Source of the DNA: Aplysia californica
Taxonomy: Eukaryota
Assembly (NCBI RefSeq): GCF_000002075.1
Contig: NW_004797416.1
Location: 258,178 to 322,177, forward strand
Reading direction: 5' to 3'
Length of the DNA: 64,000 nt
Numbering within the stretch: position 1 is the first letter of the stretch; each line of letters starts with the position of its first letter. A program made the position numbers and the translations under genes. The notes beneath the pieces were generated by a model. That model was given only the letters and a program-made list of their open reading frames with translations. It ran no database searches and was not told where the DNA came from. Below, one piece after another: positions 25,401-36,583 of the stretch.

Positions 25401-25663
25401 ACCTTCAAGCCTGGGCCGACACCCTGACTGCCATCCTTCAAATGACTTTGAGCCTTCCGGACTCCAGTTTCTCTGCCCTTCTCCCCGTGACCTTCACCTT
25501 TGTGAGCCAACTCATCTTGTACGCCACAGACTCTGCGCTGCGAGATCAGCTGGCTCAGTGCTTTAACAGGTTGGGGCGGATGTACGACTTTGCCCCTCCG
25601 GCCAACGCCAGTCTCCCTCGTACCAGAGACAACAGCTCCAGTAAACACAGTCTACCTTCTTAA
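215..25663 (+). CDS. ARFGEF3: Brefeldin A-inhibited GEF 3 (BIG3/KIAA1244) ortholog, 3' portion, 22 visible exons
   Basis: Spliced peptides match recognisable BIG3 motifs ([131 protein letters not shown]). All boundaries are GT-AG with consistent phases. Stop TAA at 25661-25663. Confidence 0.92.
1530..1702 (+). CDS. ARFGEF3: BIG3 exon
   Basis: cag|...|gtgagt, phase 1-0, [21 protein letters not shown]. Confidence 0.88.
2623..2797 (+). CDS. ARFGEF3: BIG3 exon
   Basis: cag|...|gtgagc, phase 0-1, [25 protein letters not shown]. Confidence 0.88.
3217..3333 (+). CDS. ARFGEF3: BIG3 exon
   Basis: cag|...|gtcagt, phase 1-1, [10 protein letters not shown]...VEAG. Confidence 0.85.
3705..3850 (+). mobile_element. 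tRNA-derived SINE family A copy
   Basis: TGTGGTGTAGTGGTTAGG...GAGTTTGATTCC head and a body (gtatctc...gctgg...ctcagcc..ggttggct) shared with the other copies. Confidence 0.65.
4429..4656 (+). CDS. ARFGEF3: BIG3 exon
   Basis: cag|...|gtaagt, phase 1-1, [14 protein letters not shown]...[15 protein letters not shown]. Confidence 0.9.
4689..4826 (-). mobile_element. Repeat family B copy (short retroelement with I/Nimb-like 3' stem-loop)
   Basis: Reverse complement of the consensus gtaacacctctaatattcggcacttatatgacc..tgtgttgcaagtgc.gtaaaactc.tactaaaa. Confidence 0.75.
6218..6458 (+). CDS. ARFGEF3: BIG3 exon
   Basis: cag|...|gtgaaa, phase 1-2, [11 protein letters not shown]...CWKHVF. Confidence 0.9.
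7037..7168 (+). CDS. ARFGEF3: BIG3 exon (not in ORF track)
   Basis: cag|...|gtaagc, phase 2-2, [25 protein letters not shown]. Confidence 0.88.
7918..8109 (+). CDS. ARFGEF3: BIG3 exon
   Basis: cag|...|gtcagt, phase 2-2, [21 protein letters not shown]. Confidence 0.85.
8189..8588. repeat. Compound trinucleotide microsatellite (TTA/TGA/TTC/TTG)
   Basis: Direct reading; includes an internal duplication of attattatcatattc.ttatcttcattattattatttt. Confidence 0.9.
8621..8894 (+). CDS. ARFGEF3: BIG3 exon
   Basis: cag|...|gtcagt, phase 2-0, LFEDAANQL...[19 protein letters not shown]. Confidence 0.92.
9842..9963 (-). mobile_element. SINE family A copy (partial)
   Basis: Reverse complement TGTGGTACAGTGGTTAGGCTC...GAGTTCAATT head plus body. 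Confidence 0.55.
10059..10231 (+). CDS. ARFGEF3: BIG3 exon, 3' end lost in assembly gap
   Basis: cag| then [19 protein letters not shown]...LELCDGDV, running into Ns. Confidence 0.88.
10376..10820. repeat. 38-bp minisatellite (3 copies) grading into TG-rich simple repeat
   Basis: gtgtacgtcatgtacattgtgtatgcgtatgtgtgtgt repeated over 10376-10495. Confidence 0.85.
11887..12070 (+). CDS. ARFGEF3: BIG3 exon
   Basis: cag|...|gtgaga, phase 1-2, [32 protein letters not shown]. Confidence 0.88.
12800..13638 (+). CDS. ARFGEF3: BIG3 large exon with acidic Ser-rich region
   Basis: cag|...|gtaagt, phase 2-1, ends with conserved-looking [17 protein letters not shown]...[10 protein letters not shown]. 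Confidence 0.9.
14620..15003 (+). mobile_element. tRNA-derived SINE with Deu/Nin-domain-like segment
   Basis: Head with A box (GGCCTAGAGG) and B box (GGTTCGAATC). Downstream GCACGTTAAAGATCCC...TCGATAAGAGTAGG resembles the Deu/Nin SINE domain as I recall it. Confidence 0.6.
15342..15512 (+). CDS. ARFGEF3: BIG3 exon
   Basis: cag|...|gtaatg, phase 1-1, [17 protein letters not shown]...FKQSCGL. Confidence 0.92.
15906..16011 (+). mobile_element. 3' tail fragment of the same SINE/L2-like family
   Basis: tgtaaagcacatatagc...atatgcgctatgaaaatgctat(tta)n aligns with the reverse complement of 19158-19238. Confidence 0.7.
16012..16129 (+). CDS. ARFGEF3: BIG3 exon
   Basis: tag|...|gtacgg, phase 1-2, [18 protein letters not shown]. 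Confidence 0.88.
16875..17103 (+). CDS. ARFGEF3: BIG3 exon
   Basis: cag|...|gtacgg, phase 2-0, [18 protein letters not shown]...RLRQMAKQ. Confidence 0.92.
17475..17608 (+). CDS. ARFGEF3: BIG3 exon (not in ORF track)
   Basis: cag|...|gttggg, phase 0-2, VFLLDSQ...[10 protein letters not shown]. Confidence 0.88.
18161..18285 (+). CDS. ARFGEF3: BIG3 exon
   Basis: cag|...|gtaaag, phase 2-1, [20 protein letters not shown]. Confidence 0.9.
18497..18635 (+). mobile_element. Repeat family B copy
   Basis: cttctttcctatcaaacatctat...gtaacacctctaatatttggcacttgtatgacc. Confidence 0.72.
18717..18957 (+). CDS. ARFGEF3: BIG3 exon
   Basis: cag|...|gtatgt, phase 1-2, [27 protein letters not shown]. Confidence 0.9.
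19158..19508 (-). mobile_element. Full-length tRNA-derived SINE with CORE-like centre and L2/MIR-like tail
   Basis: On the - strand: A box TGGCCTAGTGG, B box GGTACGAATCC, central GTGTCCTTGGGAAAGGCA...AATGGGTACC, 3' GTAAAGCGC...GCGCTGTACAAATGC and a (TTA)n tail. Confidence 0.8.
19571..19767 (+). mobile_element. SINE family A copy
   Basis: Colinear with 20398-20596 and 3705-3850. Confidence 0.65.
20398..20596 (+). mobile_element. SINE family A copy
   Basis: B box GAGTTCGATTCC; colinear with 19571-19767. Confidence 0.65.
21125..21302 (+). mobile_element. Repeat family B copy
   Basis: Colinear with 32349-32521 and 34822-34990. Confidence 0.78.
22357..22523 (-). mobile_element. RTE LINE 3' end with expanded (ATG)n tail
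   Basis: (cat)n then tgcctttc...cagggtataggcca...ttccacctttccc; homologous to 36246-36475 and to the 3' end of 49656-49973. Confidence 0.75.
22713..23140 (+). CDS. ARFGEF3: BIG3 exon
   Basis: cag|...|gtgagt, phase 2-1, [13 protein letters not shown]...EQPIFFL. Confidence 0.85.
24087..24226 (+). CDS. ARFGEF3: BIG3 exon (acidic)
   Basis: cag|...|gtgagt, phase 1-0, which exactly bridges the flanking exon phases. Confidence 0.82.
24544..24627. repeat. (TCCA)n microsatellite
   Basis: Direct reading. Confidence 0.85.
24678..24863 (+). CDS. ARFGEF3: BIG3 exon
   Basis: cag|...|gtgggt, phase 0-0, [21 protein letters not shown]. Confidence 0.9.
25388..25663 (+). CDS. ARFGEF3: BIG3 last coding exon
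   Basis: cag|[13 protein letters not shown]...[12 protein letters not shown]...[13 protein letters not shown], ends TAA. Confidence 0.9.
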   Translation, partial: DSEAHLQAWADTLTAILQMTLSLPDSSFSALLPVTFTFVSQLILYATDSALRDQLAQCFNRLGRMYDFAPPANASLPRTRDNSSSKHSLPS

Positions 25664-28600
25664 GTAATTTTGTGATTTCACAAGTGAAAAGACACGACAT
25701 CGAGTCCATAATTAAAGGTGCTTGTGGCTCTGAGACTTTCGTGGGGCGTGAATGTTTATTGAAACCATCCGAAGCTCAGAAATATTTTGACGGCTTTGGT
25801 CTAGGCACCCATATTTAATGCTCTGAGAAAAATGAACCTTTTCAGTTACAAGTTAAATCCATCTGGGCTATTTTTATCTCAAAGGGTCATAGTTCCACAC
25901 TGATTCAAATATTTACAATTTAAAATAGCGGTACAGGGAAAGAACCACAGAAGTCCATGAGACTCCAGGGACGAAAGGCAATTGTCCACAATGATTTCTC
26001 AGTTACTACTGCAATCTTTCCATCCCAGTCTTCAAGTCTTTATCTTTTCTCAGTCCAGCCTCTAATAACAGAGAGACAGTGTTAAGTCAGTGTAACTTCC
26101 TTTGGAAGAAGAGAAAAAAAAGTAGTTGAACTTTGATTCAATATTTTTTTTTTACCTGTAAAAACATGATTTTGTGAGAGGTTCCTTGAAATAATCAGTG
26201 TATTTATTACTGGAATACAGTGGTGATAATTTCCGAGAGTTAGTGATGTTGAGTGCCTGCAAGTGCTGACATTTTCTGTATGGTAATGGTGATTTTTGCC
26301 TCAGGAGAATGAATCTCAGGAGGGATATTTGGATCAACAGTCCTGGTTACTGTTTAATCATGTTTTCATAGGATCCTGTCTACGGATTAATGAATGAATT
26401 AGTGCTGAAAGGGAGAGAGGGAGGATTTTTGACTACCGGTACTACATTTTTAAATCAATATGAATATTATTGAGATAAAGGGTTCTTTGGAAGCATCTGA
26501 CACATTTGTCTCAGTACCTGGTTTGTTCCTGGTTTGTGCTGGCATGATGATTATTGGGTATTTTTGTGTTGAAACCTCTGAATCCAAGTAAGGTGGGATC
26601 GAGGAGGACTTTGTCATTTCATATGAAGACTTGAGACTGACACCTTCTGTATGTTAATAACGAGTGAGACATTTTGTGGATGAAGTTTAGAAAGAAGCAA
26701 TCAGCCTTGTTGAGCTGACTGTGCAAAATTCTTTTTATATCCCATCTAGTAGTGAAGAGACAGCTGTTGGAATAAGGAAAAATTAAGAGTGTAGTCTGGA
26801 AGCCCAGAGACACTCTCCAAGAAAGAGAAATCATTTGTATAGCCGACTTCCCATCTCATGTGGTTTAAAAGGTCGGTCATGCAGAAGGAGAGAGAGTTTT
26901 TTCTGTAAAGTGCTGTCTTCCAACATTCTAAAGAAGAAATTTTTTTTGAACGAAAGAAAGCGAGGACTTGAAGGCTGAAAGTCTCTGAATGTCACCGAAC
27001 TGAGTTTTGCTAACACTATCAACAACCCAACAAGCTGCTTTGACTCCCATTTAATCTGAGACATCGGGGATAACAATAAAGTTTTCTGTCGGCTTCCTTG
27101 TTTCCATAATGAGTTCTCTGAAGAAATTATGGAATAGATATCTACTGCTAAGTGTAAGACTCAGTCATATGTCACTTTTCAAATTGGCCTCTGGGGGGAG
27201 TCTTACACTAAGTAGTCAATATGTCTGAGGTAGCTGCACAAGGGGTAGTTTTGAAATTAGTGTCTCCTTTCCTTATGTGCAATAACCTCAGCTAGCACAC
27301 TGCAATGGGATGCGCTCTCTTGATAGACATTTTGTTAGAAGATTTCCCTTGGGTATAGGACTGTGTGACTAAAGGAAACTGGATGGGAACAGCACTAAAT
27401 CGTTGAAAGTGTAGAATTAAATGGTTGACAGACATGGATTGGCTGTAGTTGATTTTGTGGAGAATGCAATGTACACACTTGCGACATGCAGAATAACTCT
27501 TACGCATTTTGCAACTTTTACTGTATTCTATGTTTATGTATTTCAACTAAGTGCAATATTTTTAATAGATCTGTATACAACATTGCAATTGGTCTGATTG
27601 TTTTGAAAATAATTTTATTTTAATAACAGATTTTTCTTGTAAATCTACAAGTTTGCAACTGAGTGCAGTCTACTTAAAACAATATTGCACCGTTCCCTCT
27701 ATCTCTTGCAGTAATTTTGAGATATGTTCTGAGGGTTTTCTTGTTGTTGTTGCTGTTGATTTTCATCCACATGATGTTTCAGATCTGTTCCGCTGTGTTC
27801 GTTGCGTTTTTCGCAGAAAAAGTTGTGACAAATCCAATTTACCCTAATGTTGTTGACGATTTGAAGGCTTCTGAATTTTGAGAAGATTGTCCTCAGTATT
27901 GCATGATGATTGATACTGTAGTTGGTGGTGGTAACTAGTCATTGGAGTTTTAGTTCAAATGGCTACTTTGTGATGCTTAACTGTAAAGCTTTGATCAAAT
28001 GACTGGTCAGCTGTGGTCAGTAGGTTGTAGAAGTAGGTAATAGAAAGGAGGCAGAATGTTTATGTTGTGGGATTTATTTTTTGTGTTCGAACCCATCAGG
28101 TTCAATAATGAAATTTTGAATGTACTGAAATGTTGTAACATTGGTGCTGTAGAATGTTTACTTGTCTTCTGTTTTGTTGTTTACGCACATGTTCGTGTTC
28201 AGTGGACACTGATAGTTGTAATTACATTCTAGGAGATGAAACTCTTTTATCTTGTTTATGCAAATGCCTTTGCTATGTGGGCGTTGATCTTGTTAACTTC
28301 ACTCAAGAAGATGTTGTAACTCTTTTGTGTTGACTTGTGGAAGAATACTGCATAAAATTGTTCTGTCTGTTTTCCTGATAGGTTCTTGCATTGGATGCCT
28401 TGCTAGTGAATTATTTTACTTTGTGGGATTAAGTGCTTTTGTGTTTGAAATCTCGTCATTCTGTGACTTGCGTCTATTCTACTGCATGCACGAATTCTTC
28501 CCACCGATGGATATCTCTGCATGCGTGTCATATCAGCACAAGATACGTGTATGCTTGTCTTTACCTGTGATTGTGAATCCTCCTTTATTCTTGGTAGACA

Positions 28601-28713
28601 AACATGTAAATCTGCATTGAATTTATTTTCTCGATTCATTATGATTGCACATTTCATTCAAAATGCAGTCTATTTCCCTTGTATTTCCTCATTGCTATTG
28701 TTATTATATTATG

Positions 28714-29443
28714 CAGTCAAACCCCTTTATACTGTCAACCATGGGTTGAGCATGAAGTTGGCGGTTTAGCGAGACTGATGTATAACAGGGTTTTAATTTT
28801 AACTCTTTGTCTCCAAGGGTAGGTAAACTCAATGTGCTGGGGCCCTGTTTTGGTATGAAATGCAAAAGTGGCATATACGTCACTAAATTGGTCATTGAAT
28901 CAGAGCAAGTAAACCTAATTTGATAGGATAGTTTTTCATCAAATGAATGAACTCCCAGTAAACGAGACCTGTTTTTGGCAATTGCTGAATAGTTTAAGTA
29001 ATTTGGCTTCAAAGTCGTCGTAAAGGAATGTGCCTGAATCGCTGCCAGCGGCTCACCGGCACAGCGGTTCCAACCGCGAGCCGCTCTGGAGGTAAAGAGC
29101 TAATGCAGTTCTTAGTTAAATTGCAACAATTGCCCAAAGCCAAGGGAAAATGATTCCTCCATGATTTGATGAAGGACAACATTATATTCCGTTATTTTTT
29201 CCTTTGTCCAAGACTTGATGACATGGCCTCTGCATGTGATGATCGCAGTCTTGCTGAGTCGTTTGTAAGAGAAAGGGAGATTATCACTGCATAGCTGCTG
29301 GGTGGATGCCATGCGTAAGACATAATATTTTTTATGTTTTAAAAAAAAAATAAAGGCGTTCCTTTTCAAGCATTGGTATAACCTGGCGGTAAGTGAGGCT
29401 GACAGTATAATGTATAAAGGGGCGGTATAACAGGGCTTGACTG
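28714..29443. mobile_element. Tigger/pogo-like non-autonomous element
   Basis: CAGTCAAACCCCTTTATAC ... GGCGGTATAACAGGGCTTGACTG|TA termini, with internal GGCGGT subterminal repeats. Confidence 0.65.
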
Positions 29444-30032
29444 TATATAATGTGCCAGTAAGTTATTACATTGTGGTATTTTTTATTTATTGTTTTTTCA
29501 GTTTGTGATATATAAAAATGTGATACAGAAAATTTTTTTTGTTTATAGTTGTTTTAATCTATTCTTTACTTTTTGTCATTTTAATTTTATCTTAGAAATA
29601 TGCCATTGTCATGTGCAAAATATATACCTCATTGTATTTGTGTAAATTTCAGGTTATAAATTTTTGTTTTAGTTTTGAATTTGGAATTCAGATGTTATCC
29701 ATTTGTTTCAGAAGTTGTGTTGACCATCTTTGTCGTAATCTCCCTCCTAAGAATGCTGCCCAAGAAGCTAAGGATGATTAGTAAAGTTATACAGAGTCTG
29801 TCAGGGAATTCATTTGTTGTCATGTCTAGTACTAGTAGGGATATGCTCTATATAAATACTATTTGTCATTGTAAGTAAAATAATTGTCCCCTTCTGTCAT
29901 GTTCAGCTGCTTCCCCTGTTTGTACAACCCAGGCCATTTACACCCCCCCCCTCTCCTTTTCATCTCCACCCTCCAGTTCTGGTTCTTCCCTGTAAAACTA
30001 GCCATTTCATTAAAAAAAATTCTAAATGGAGG

Positions 30033-30216
30033 TGTTTTTACTCCCCATTTGACACAATTTATATAATTTAGGAGGCAGGCTTCCGCTGGTCTGGGCCAAC
30101 CTGCACTGAGGGGGAAACAGCATTCCAGCAGAAAGACAATAAAATGTTCACCCCTCTCCGGAATTGAACTCGGGTCTCTTGCCTACAACAGAGAAACGCC
30201 TAACTGATACACCACA
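30033..30216 (-). mobile_element. SINE family A copy in putative BIG3 3' UTR
   Basis: Shares ttttactcccc, tttaggaggcaggcttccg, gccaacctg and ccagcagaaagaca with 37854-38062. Confidence 0.65.
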
Positions 30217-32348
30217 GACGCTGGTCTAGTCATCTCTGATTGGACAACAGGCTCTGACATCACTAGGACAGCCTGTCTGTTTCTCTCTCCAGAGCAGTAT
30301 TGTTACTTAGAGGAATCACAGTGTTGTTTTGTACAATGTATTACGTCACAAAATGTGTGTTATTGTGGGGAAATCATGTGCTTGTCAGAAAATTGAAATT
30401 GAAGAAACTGACATTTGTCTGCCTGTTAGAACATTTTTATCAATTTTTTTTTACGGCACAAAGTTGATCAAAAGCATAAGACATAAATTTTCAGTTTCCG
30501 ATAGACACTCATGCTTTGGAAGTCGCCACATTTTGGCAGCCATTTTTAGCCTGATTGTACCTCTGTCGATGTGCCAGTGGTACCGCTTGTGTTGAAGTAA
30601 AGATGTGGACAGTGTTTTGTTTTGAATGTTAGAAGGTTTGCTTATTTTCATTGACGTTTCTGTTTGAAACCTCATTACTTATCAGCAGTTTAGCACAGTT
30701 TAACATAACATAAAATGGTGTTTAAAATTACAAGATCTTGAATAGAGTTGCTTTTTGTTCTACCGCAGTCTATTGTTAACTCTTCGAGCCCTGGCTCTGT
30801 ATGCCTATAGGTATTTTACACCTGACCTCTCAAGAGATGACTTCTAGATTTTATCGTTGCAAGCTGAGATGTGCAGTCAGAATATAGAAGAGTAATGAAG
30901 GTTTAAGGTAGTTGTAAAAACTGCTGATGAAAGTTTTTGTTTCCATTTCTTCTTTATGTTCTTCTTAGAAAGGGTTAGGTGTCTTTTGTTTTGAGAATGA
31001 GGACTTTGTTGATGAAAGATATTTGTGCTGAATAGATAAAAAGTTTTAAAATATTTAAAAGCTCTCTCATGGGTGAATCTGTAAAATATACTGGTGGGTT
31101 GGTGGAGTGATAATGAAGAGGTTGAGGTTGTTACTTGAACTTGTACTTATAAACACTGTTCTCATTACTTACCACCTGCAGCTTCTGTGCATAATGCTGC
31201 CTGTTAAAATTCTGCGAGATCTTTTTATATTCTTCATGTTATCAGTCTCTTATTTATTCCCAAATGGTGTGGGCATGTAGTGAATGTTTTTGATGTGGGG
31301 GATATCATGTGTTTTATTGTTTGATCAATGTGAAGGAGGGTTGGAGTAGTTTGTGTCCTTTGAGAAAATTTTGAATACTTTTTTTTTAGCATCTTTACAT
31401 TTGTGGTATACTTTCAGCTGTGTTCATCTGTTACATTCTTTGTCAAAATCAGCGTGTATTTTTTTGTCATTTGACAAAATGTATCTTTTCTTTAATGTAC
31501 ATTTAAATTATTTTTATATTGATTCATTTAGTGCAAAAATGAGGAGAGGGTGGTGGTTCATGAAGCCTGTTTTCTACTGCCAAAGTTACTTCAAATGTTT
31601 TCCTGAGGATTCCTGCAGAGGATTTATTTATGACTAATGATTAATTCGTGTATAGTGAATCTCTTGTGTTTTTAGGGTTTTCACACACTTGATCCTAAGA
31701 CATTGAAATTTAAACTTTTAGTCTTGTAGTCTCTTCAGGTAAGGAGGAAATTCGCTTAAGGTCAAAAAACAGTAAAAAGTCCCAGATCCGGTCTGTCAAG
31801 ACCAGATGTTCTGGCAGAATTGTAAATCCACATTATGTTCTCAACACTGTGGAAACTCTTTTCTGTCAAAAAAGAAAAACTATGAACAACTTGAAAACAG
31901 CATTTGGCTACCTGATCAGTATGGAACCCTTCACTATCATAACTGTGGAATTAAAAATGCCCAGCTAAGTCTGACAATCCAGCTGACGAGCTCAGAAGAA
32001 GTAATCTTATTTTGTTTTGAAAGTAGAAAACCTAAATAAATATAATCCACAACAGGTGAGTTTTTGAATCATCAGCTTCACAATAAAGGTAGATACTTCT
32101 TTGAACTCGTTTTCCCTTTTCTCGCAACAATTTGTTTGTATCTTTTACTCAGATTTGCTCTCATCTCTTGTTAGCGATCAATGAAATGTTTTGTGGCACT
32201 ACAGTGGAAGCCAAAAGGCATCCGAACAGTATTAGATCCATCAGTCCAGGTCCTTGGGTTATATCATGTGCCACATTCTTTTGTAAAGTTGATAAGTCAG
32301 AATATGATATGTCAGATCTGCATTTGTCTCGTTTTTGTTGGGAATTCA

Positions 32349-32521
32349 GTGGGTGGTTTGCTGTACTCTTGTGTGGTTTGCTCCTTCTTTCCTATCAAAC
32401 GTCTATTGTCCTTATCTCTGCTCCTTGTTTTCTTGGTATGTTACTCTCTAGTAACACCTCTAATCTTCTGCGCTTATATTACCTATTTGTGTTGCAAGTA
32501 CCATAAAATTCGTACTAAAAT
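32349..32521 (+). mobile_element. Repeat family B copy
   Basis: Colinear with the other copies. Confidence 0.78.
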
Positions 32522-34598
32522 TGTGGAAAAAGAATTGCAAATCCAACCCCTCATATAAGACCTTACCCTTATGATATGATAATTATATTATGACATATTT
32601 TGTATCTTGAAAAGATCCTTTCAAAGTCAGAATTCTTAGTCGAGGATTTAGTCTTGACATCCAATGTGTAGTTTGTAATTGAATCACTAAACTGATTGGC
32701 AGATTCAAGTTTAACTAGTGTAAGGGAAGGAAATAACCTGCTATATGCATGGATTTCATGTAGTGGTAAGCATGTCATATGACTTCGGCTCATCCTACTC
32801 TCATTTACACGCACGATTTCTGAATGACAGAATATGTCTCACCAAATCCAAAGTTTTCAATGGTCATGTGCAATATGGGAGCATGCTTTTGGGTATTGTT
32901 GTTATATTGTTACTTTGATTTTCAATATTTGATGATCTTTGTGTGCAAATAATTCAACGGTGGCACTGTGCAATGAACAGACTTTACTGTTTTGAGAAGT
33001 GTCATTTGTGTTTGTATATCTTTCTTTGATGTGCATGGTTTAAATACATAATGTCTAATTTATTGTGCATGAAAGTATTTACAGAGTAAGAATGTTCATA
33101 TCGTGTATCTAAACAAAACATCCTTTGTAATCTATTTAAAAAGAAAAGATTTTAAAATGCCCTTGATTGAGTTGTGTACAATATGAACTTCATGGAATAG
33201 CTGTACACTTGTCATCATTTAATTTTCCATACTTTATTACTCAATGACTGGTCTGGCTGTTATAAGCAAGACAATCACGGTACGCATTCATATTATTTAT
33301 TATTCTTTTTATCCTTGCCATTGTTATCATTTTAATTTTCTTTGTGGATGCTGTAGACAGTCGTGTCAAACTGAAGGCAATTTATTTCTTTTCTAAAAAT
33401 CCCCCACAAATACGGTTTCATGGCCTCTGTCAAAAAAAAAAAAAGAATACTTGTGGGGTCAAACCTGTGTTTCAGCCTTGACTTTTGGCGGATAGTAATA
33501 TACGTGCCAAAAAATAATGGACAGCTGTGTCCAGTTAAAGGCACTTTATTTCACTCCTATAAATTACAACAACGAAAAAACCCAGCAAATTTGATCTTGT
33601 GGCCCCTGTACGATGGAGTACTTATACAGTTAGATGTTTCAGCAGAAGGTCTTCTCATAACATGTCAGAAGTTACTGAATAAATGCATTTAGCCATTTAG
33701 GGGGAAAAGACGCTTGCTGCAAAAGTTGTTCGCCTTATTAAGGTGAAAGAATTAAATAGACAAAGACTGCAGATGAAAAGACTTCATTAACAAAAGAGCG
33801 GTGTTTTAGTCTACTTCTTGTCAGTGTTGACTCGATGATGTCTACTATGATTAGGGCAAAGTAGAACAGTAGGCTGCACAGAAATAATAGAAAAATAAGA
33901 ATGAAAAAGAACCTGAAAGATCAGAACAATGAGAAAGTAGTGGATCTCTCCAGAGGGTCATGGGTATAATAGCAAATATGGAAGACAGAGTAGAGCCAAC
34001 ATGTCTAGATTAGGTTCAAATTATGTGTCAACAGTGAATAATATGGTTCAGATCTAAGTTTATTCATTGCTTTGAAAAAGATGAGTGGCTCCAATTATTT
34101 TTTTTACTTACCATGTGAATCAAAGTCAAAGTAAGTAATAGTAATAATAATAATAGACTGCATTTATATAGTCATTTTTTTGTTTTGCAATGAGCAATAC
34201 ACTCTTTTGTGTCACTTCAAAATTCAGGATGACAAGTCCATTTGTGCCCCTCAAACAAGCCAGAAATAATATCTTTTTAAAAAAGGGCATTTTGACTCTG
34301 TGTAGAACTATGTGGTTCGGTTAAAAATTGTTCATTTAGTTCTAATAATATTTGATCAGTGTTTAATGGGACAACACGTCTATTTGAAATCCTTTGAAGT
34401 AACCTGGCAGGTATATTGCCCTGCACTGCCAACTCTTGCAGAGTCCCTCCACACTGTTATATGTTCTTTCCTGGTCCCAACCCCTCGTTGTGATGATGAT
34501 AATGATGATGATGTATAACTAATAAATGTGTCAGTCTTGTCTTGTGGCCGTTTTATCTCTTGTTAATTTTGCCATTCTCCATTCATGATTTGTGGCAC

Positions 34599-34604
34599 AA
34601 TAAA
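34599..34604 (+). terminator. Candidate distal polyadenylation signal of BIG3
   Basis: AATAAA followed about 35 nt later by a GT/T-rich tract (ttgttttgttttt), at the end of the T/G-rich + strand region; a second AATAAA is at 34521. Confidence 0.35.
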
Positions 34605-34667
34605 GTGTAATTTGACCTAAATATGGTGCGATCATAATTGTTTTGTTTTTGCAAGAACTTTCTTTCT

Positions 34668-34990
34668 GGGTGGAAGGCTGGCTGGCGCTGCAGTGTGGTT
34701 TTGTTTCTAACAAGCATCTATTGTCCTTATCATGTTACTGTTACTCTCTAGTAAGACCTTTAATCTTCTTATCGGCACCTAGTCGACCTATTTGTGTTGC
34801 GAGTGCTGTAAAACCGTTTGAAGTGGGTGGTTGGAGGGTGTTCTTGTGTGGTTTGCTCCTACTTTCCTATTAAAAAATCTCTATCTCCCCTCCTATTTTT
34901 TTTGTTTGTTACTCTCTTGTAACACCTCTAATATTCGGCACTTATATGACCTTTTTGTGTTGCAAGTGCCGTAAAACTCTTACTAAAACT
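34668..34990 (+). mobile_element. Two tandem repeat family B copies
   Basis: 34668-34815 and 34822-34990 each end in tgtgttgc.agtgc.gtaaaac. Confidence 0.78.
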
Positions 34991-35311
34991 GAAAAAAACC
35001 TTTGATGACAGGCATCCTAGGTGCAGTCTTCTCGTCCTACATTTTTTCCCTGTTGCTATTGTCTAATTGTGTTCATGGAGAAAATAAGTGATGTCACACT
35101 GACTTGCCATACATCCAGATTTAACAAAATGGTTTGTGGAAGAGACAGCAGAGATGAGAAGATGACAGGCAGCATAACACCACAGTGGATAAATTCCTTG
35201 ACATTGGAAATTTTGTGAAGTCAGATCCTGGACTAAAGGCATTTCTGAACCTTGATAGTGTTTATTAACTGGGTATGACCCATCACTGGGTTGTGCTAAG
35301 GGAAAAATGCA

Positions 35312-35476
35312 CAGTGGGGTCTGCTTAAACCAAAATCTGAGGGACCGCTGGATTTTCTGCGTTTTAATTAAGTTTGCGGTTTAGAGGGGTTGCTCAAAAT
35401 GAAGAGAGAATAAAATCCTTTCAGCTTAAACTACTATTTTCGGATTAACCGTTGTCAGTTTAAGCGGACTTCACTG
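35312..35476. mobile_element. Small Tigger/pogo-like MITE
   Basis: CAGTGGGGTCTGCTTAAAC ... GTTTAAGCGGACTTCACTG|TA. Confidence 0.7.
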
Positions 35477-36245
35477 TAAATCCACAGATATTGCTGTTGT
35501 AATAGTGAAAAATATTAACCTTAGCCTCCAAACAGGGTGAAGCAATAAATGGTGACCAGCAATTAGTCGCGCATTAGTGAGCAAGAACATGCGTTTGTGG
35601 GTATCTGAACCAACAAATATGAATACAAATATTATTTCTTTGTCTCCGCAAGGAAATGCTATCTTAATTTCTTTACCCTCTAAAAAACCAAGACCGTTGT
35701 CGAGTCCTGTGAGCTCTCAGTATTTTGCCAGAAGAAAGTCTACAAGTAAGTGGTAACGAACCAAATCTGAAGCTTTGACTCTCCATGTAATATGAGCCGA
35801 AACTTAGTTCACCACAAGAGAGCCCAGCTCATCTGATAAATTATGTCTTTTACATTACTAAAACTGTGACCCAGAAGCTCTTTTGGGCTAAGAATCTATT
35901 GATCTCATGAAGGACGACAAAATTTCCCAAAATGACATTGAACACTTGACCGTAACACGTTCCTTGCAAGGGAGGTCTCCATGGTTGTGCTAGACCAGTT
36001 TGTACTTGTGATAGATTGAACCTGGTCTTGAAAGACGCTAGTTACTGAACATACATCTCAAATAAAGTAGACATGGTTTTATTTGAAAATGAAGACAGAA
36101 GAATAAAGTATATGAGAATAAAGCATATGAACATGGGCTCAGAAAATAAAATAAGCACAGAACAGGTATGAGCATCGGAAAAAGGGTCTTCTGTTTCACA
36201 GGACAGATAATGATGACACCAATGCCACAGATTTATCCTGGCCTG

Positions 36246-36475
36246 GCATCATCAGCACCATTGCCTTTCTCACCCTGGGTCAGGGTATAGGCCACAAACA
36301 ACCACTTTCCACCTTTCCCAATCCTGGGCTAGCCTTTTGATGTTATTCCATGTCTTCCAACTTTCTGTACATCAATTTCTGTGACTCTTCTCCAGGTTCT
36401 ACGCCATCTTCCCATTGATATTTTACACTGTGAGTTACAATCCAACACTTTCCTTGTTATGCAGCTGCCTGACTG
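36246..36475 (-). mobile_element. Degenerate RTE LINE 3' fragment
   Basis: Colinear with 22357-22523. Confidence 0.72.
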
Positions 36476-36577
36476 GCATGAAAAGCGTTAACTTAAAAGA
36501 ATCCAGACTTTCTTCCACCACTTGTCCAAATGTACACACTTCAAGCAACTTCCTTGTAATGACAGAATAAAGAGCAT

Positions 36578-36583
36578 TTTATT
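36578..36583 (-). terminator. Candidate distal polyadenylation signal of EXT2
   Basis: TTTATT on + (AATAAA on -), at the edge of the A/C-rich region that extends to the EXT2 stop. Confidence 0.3.
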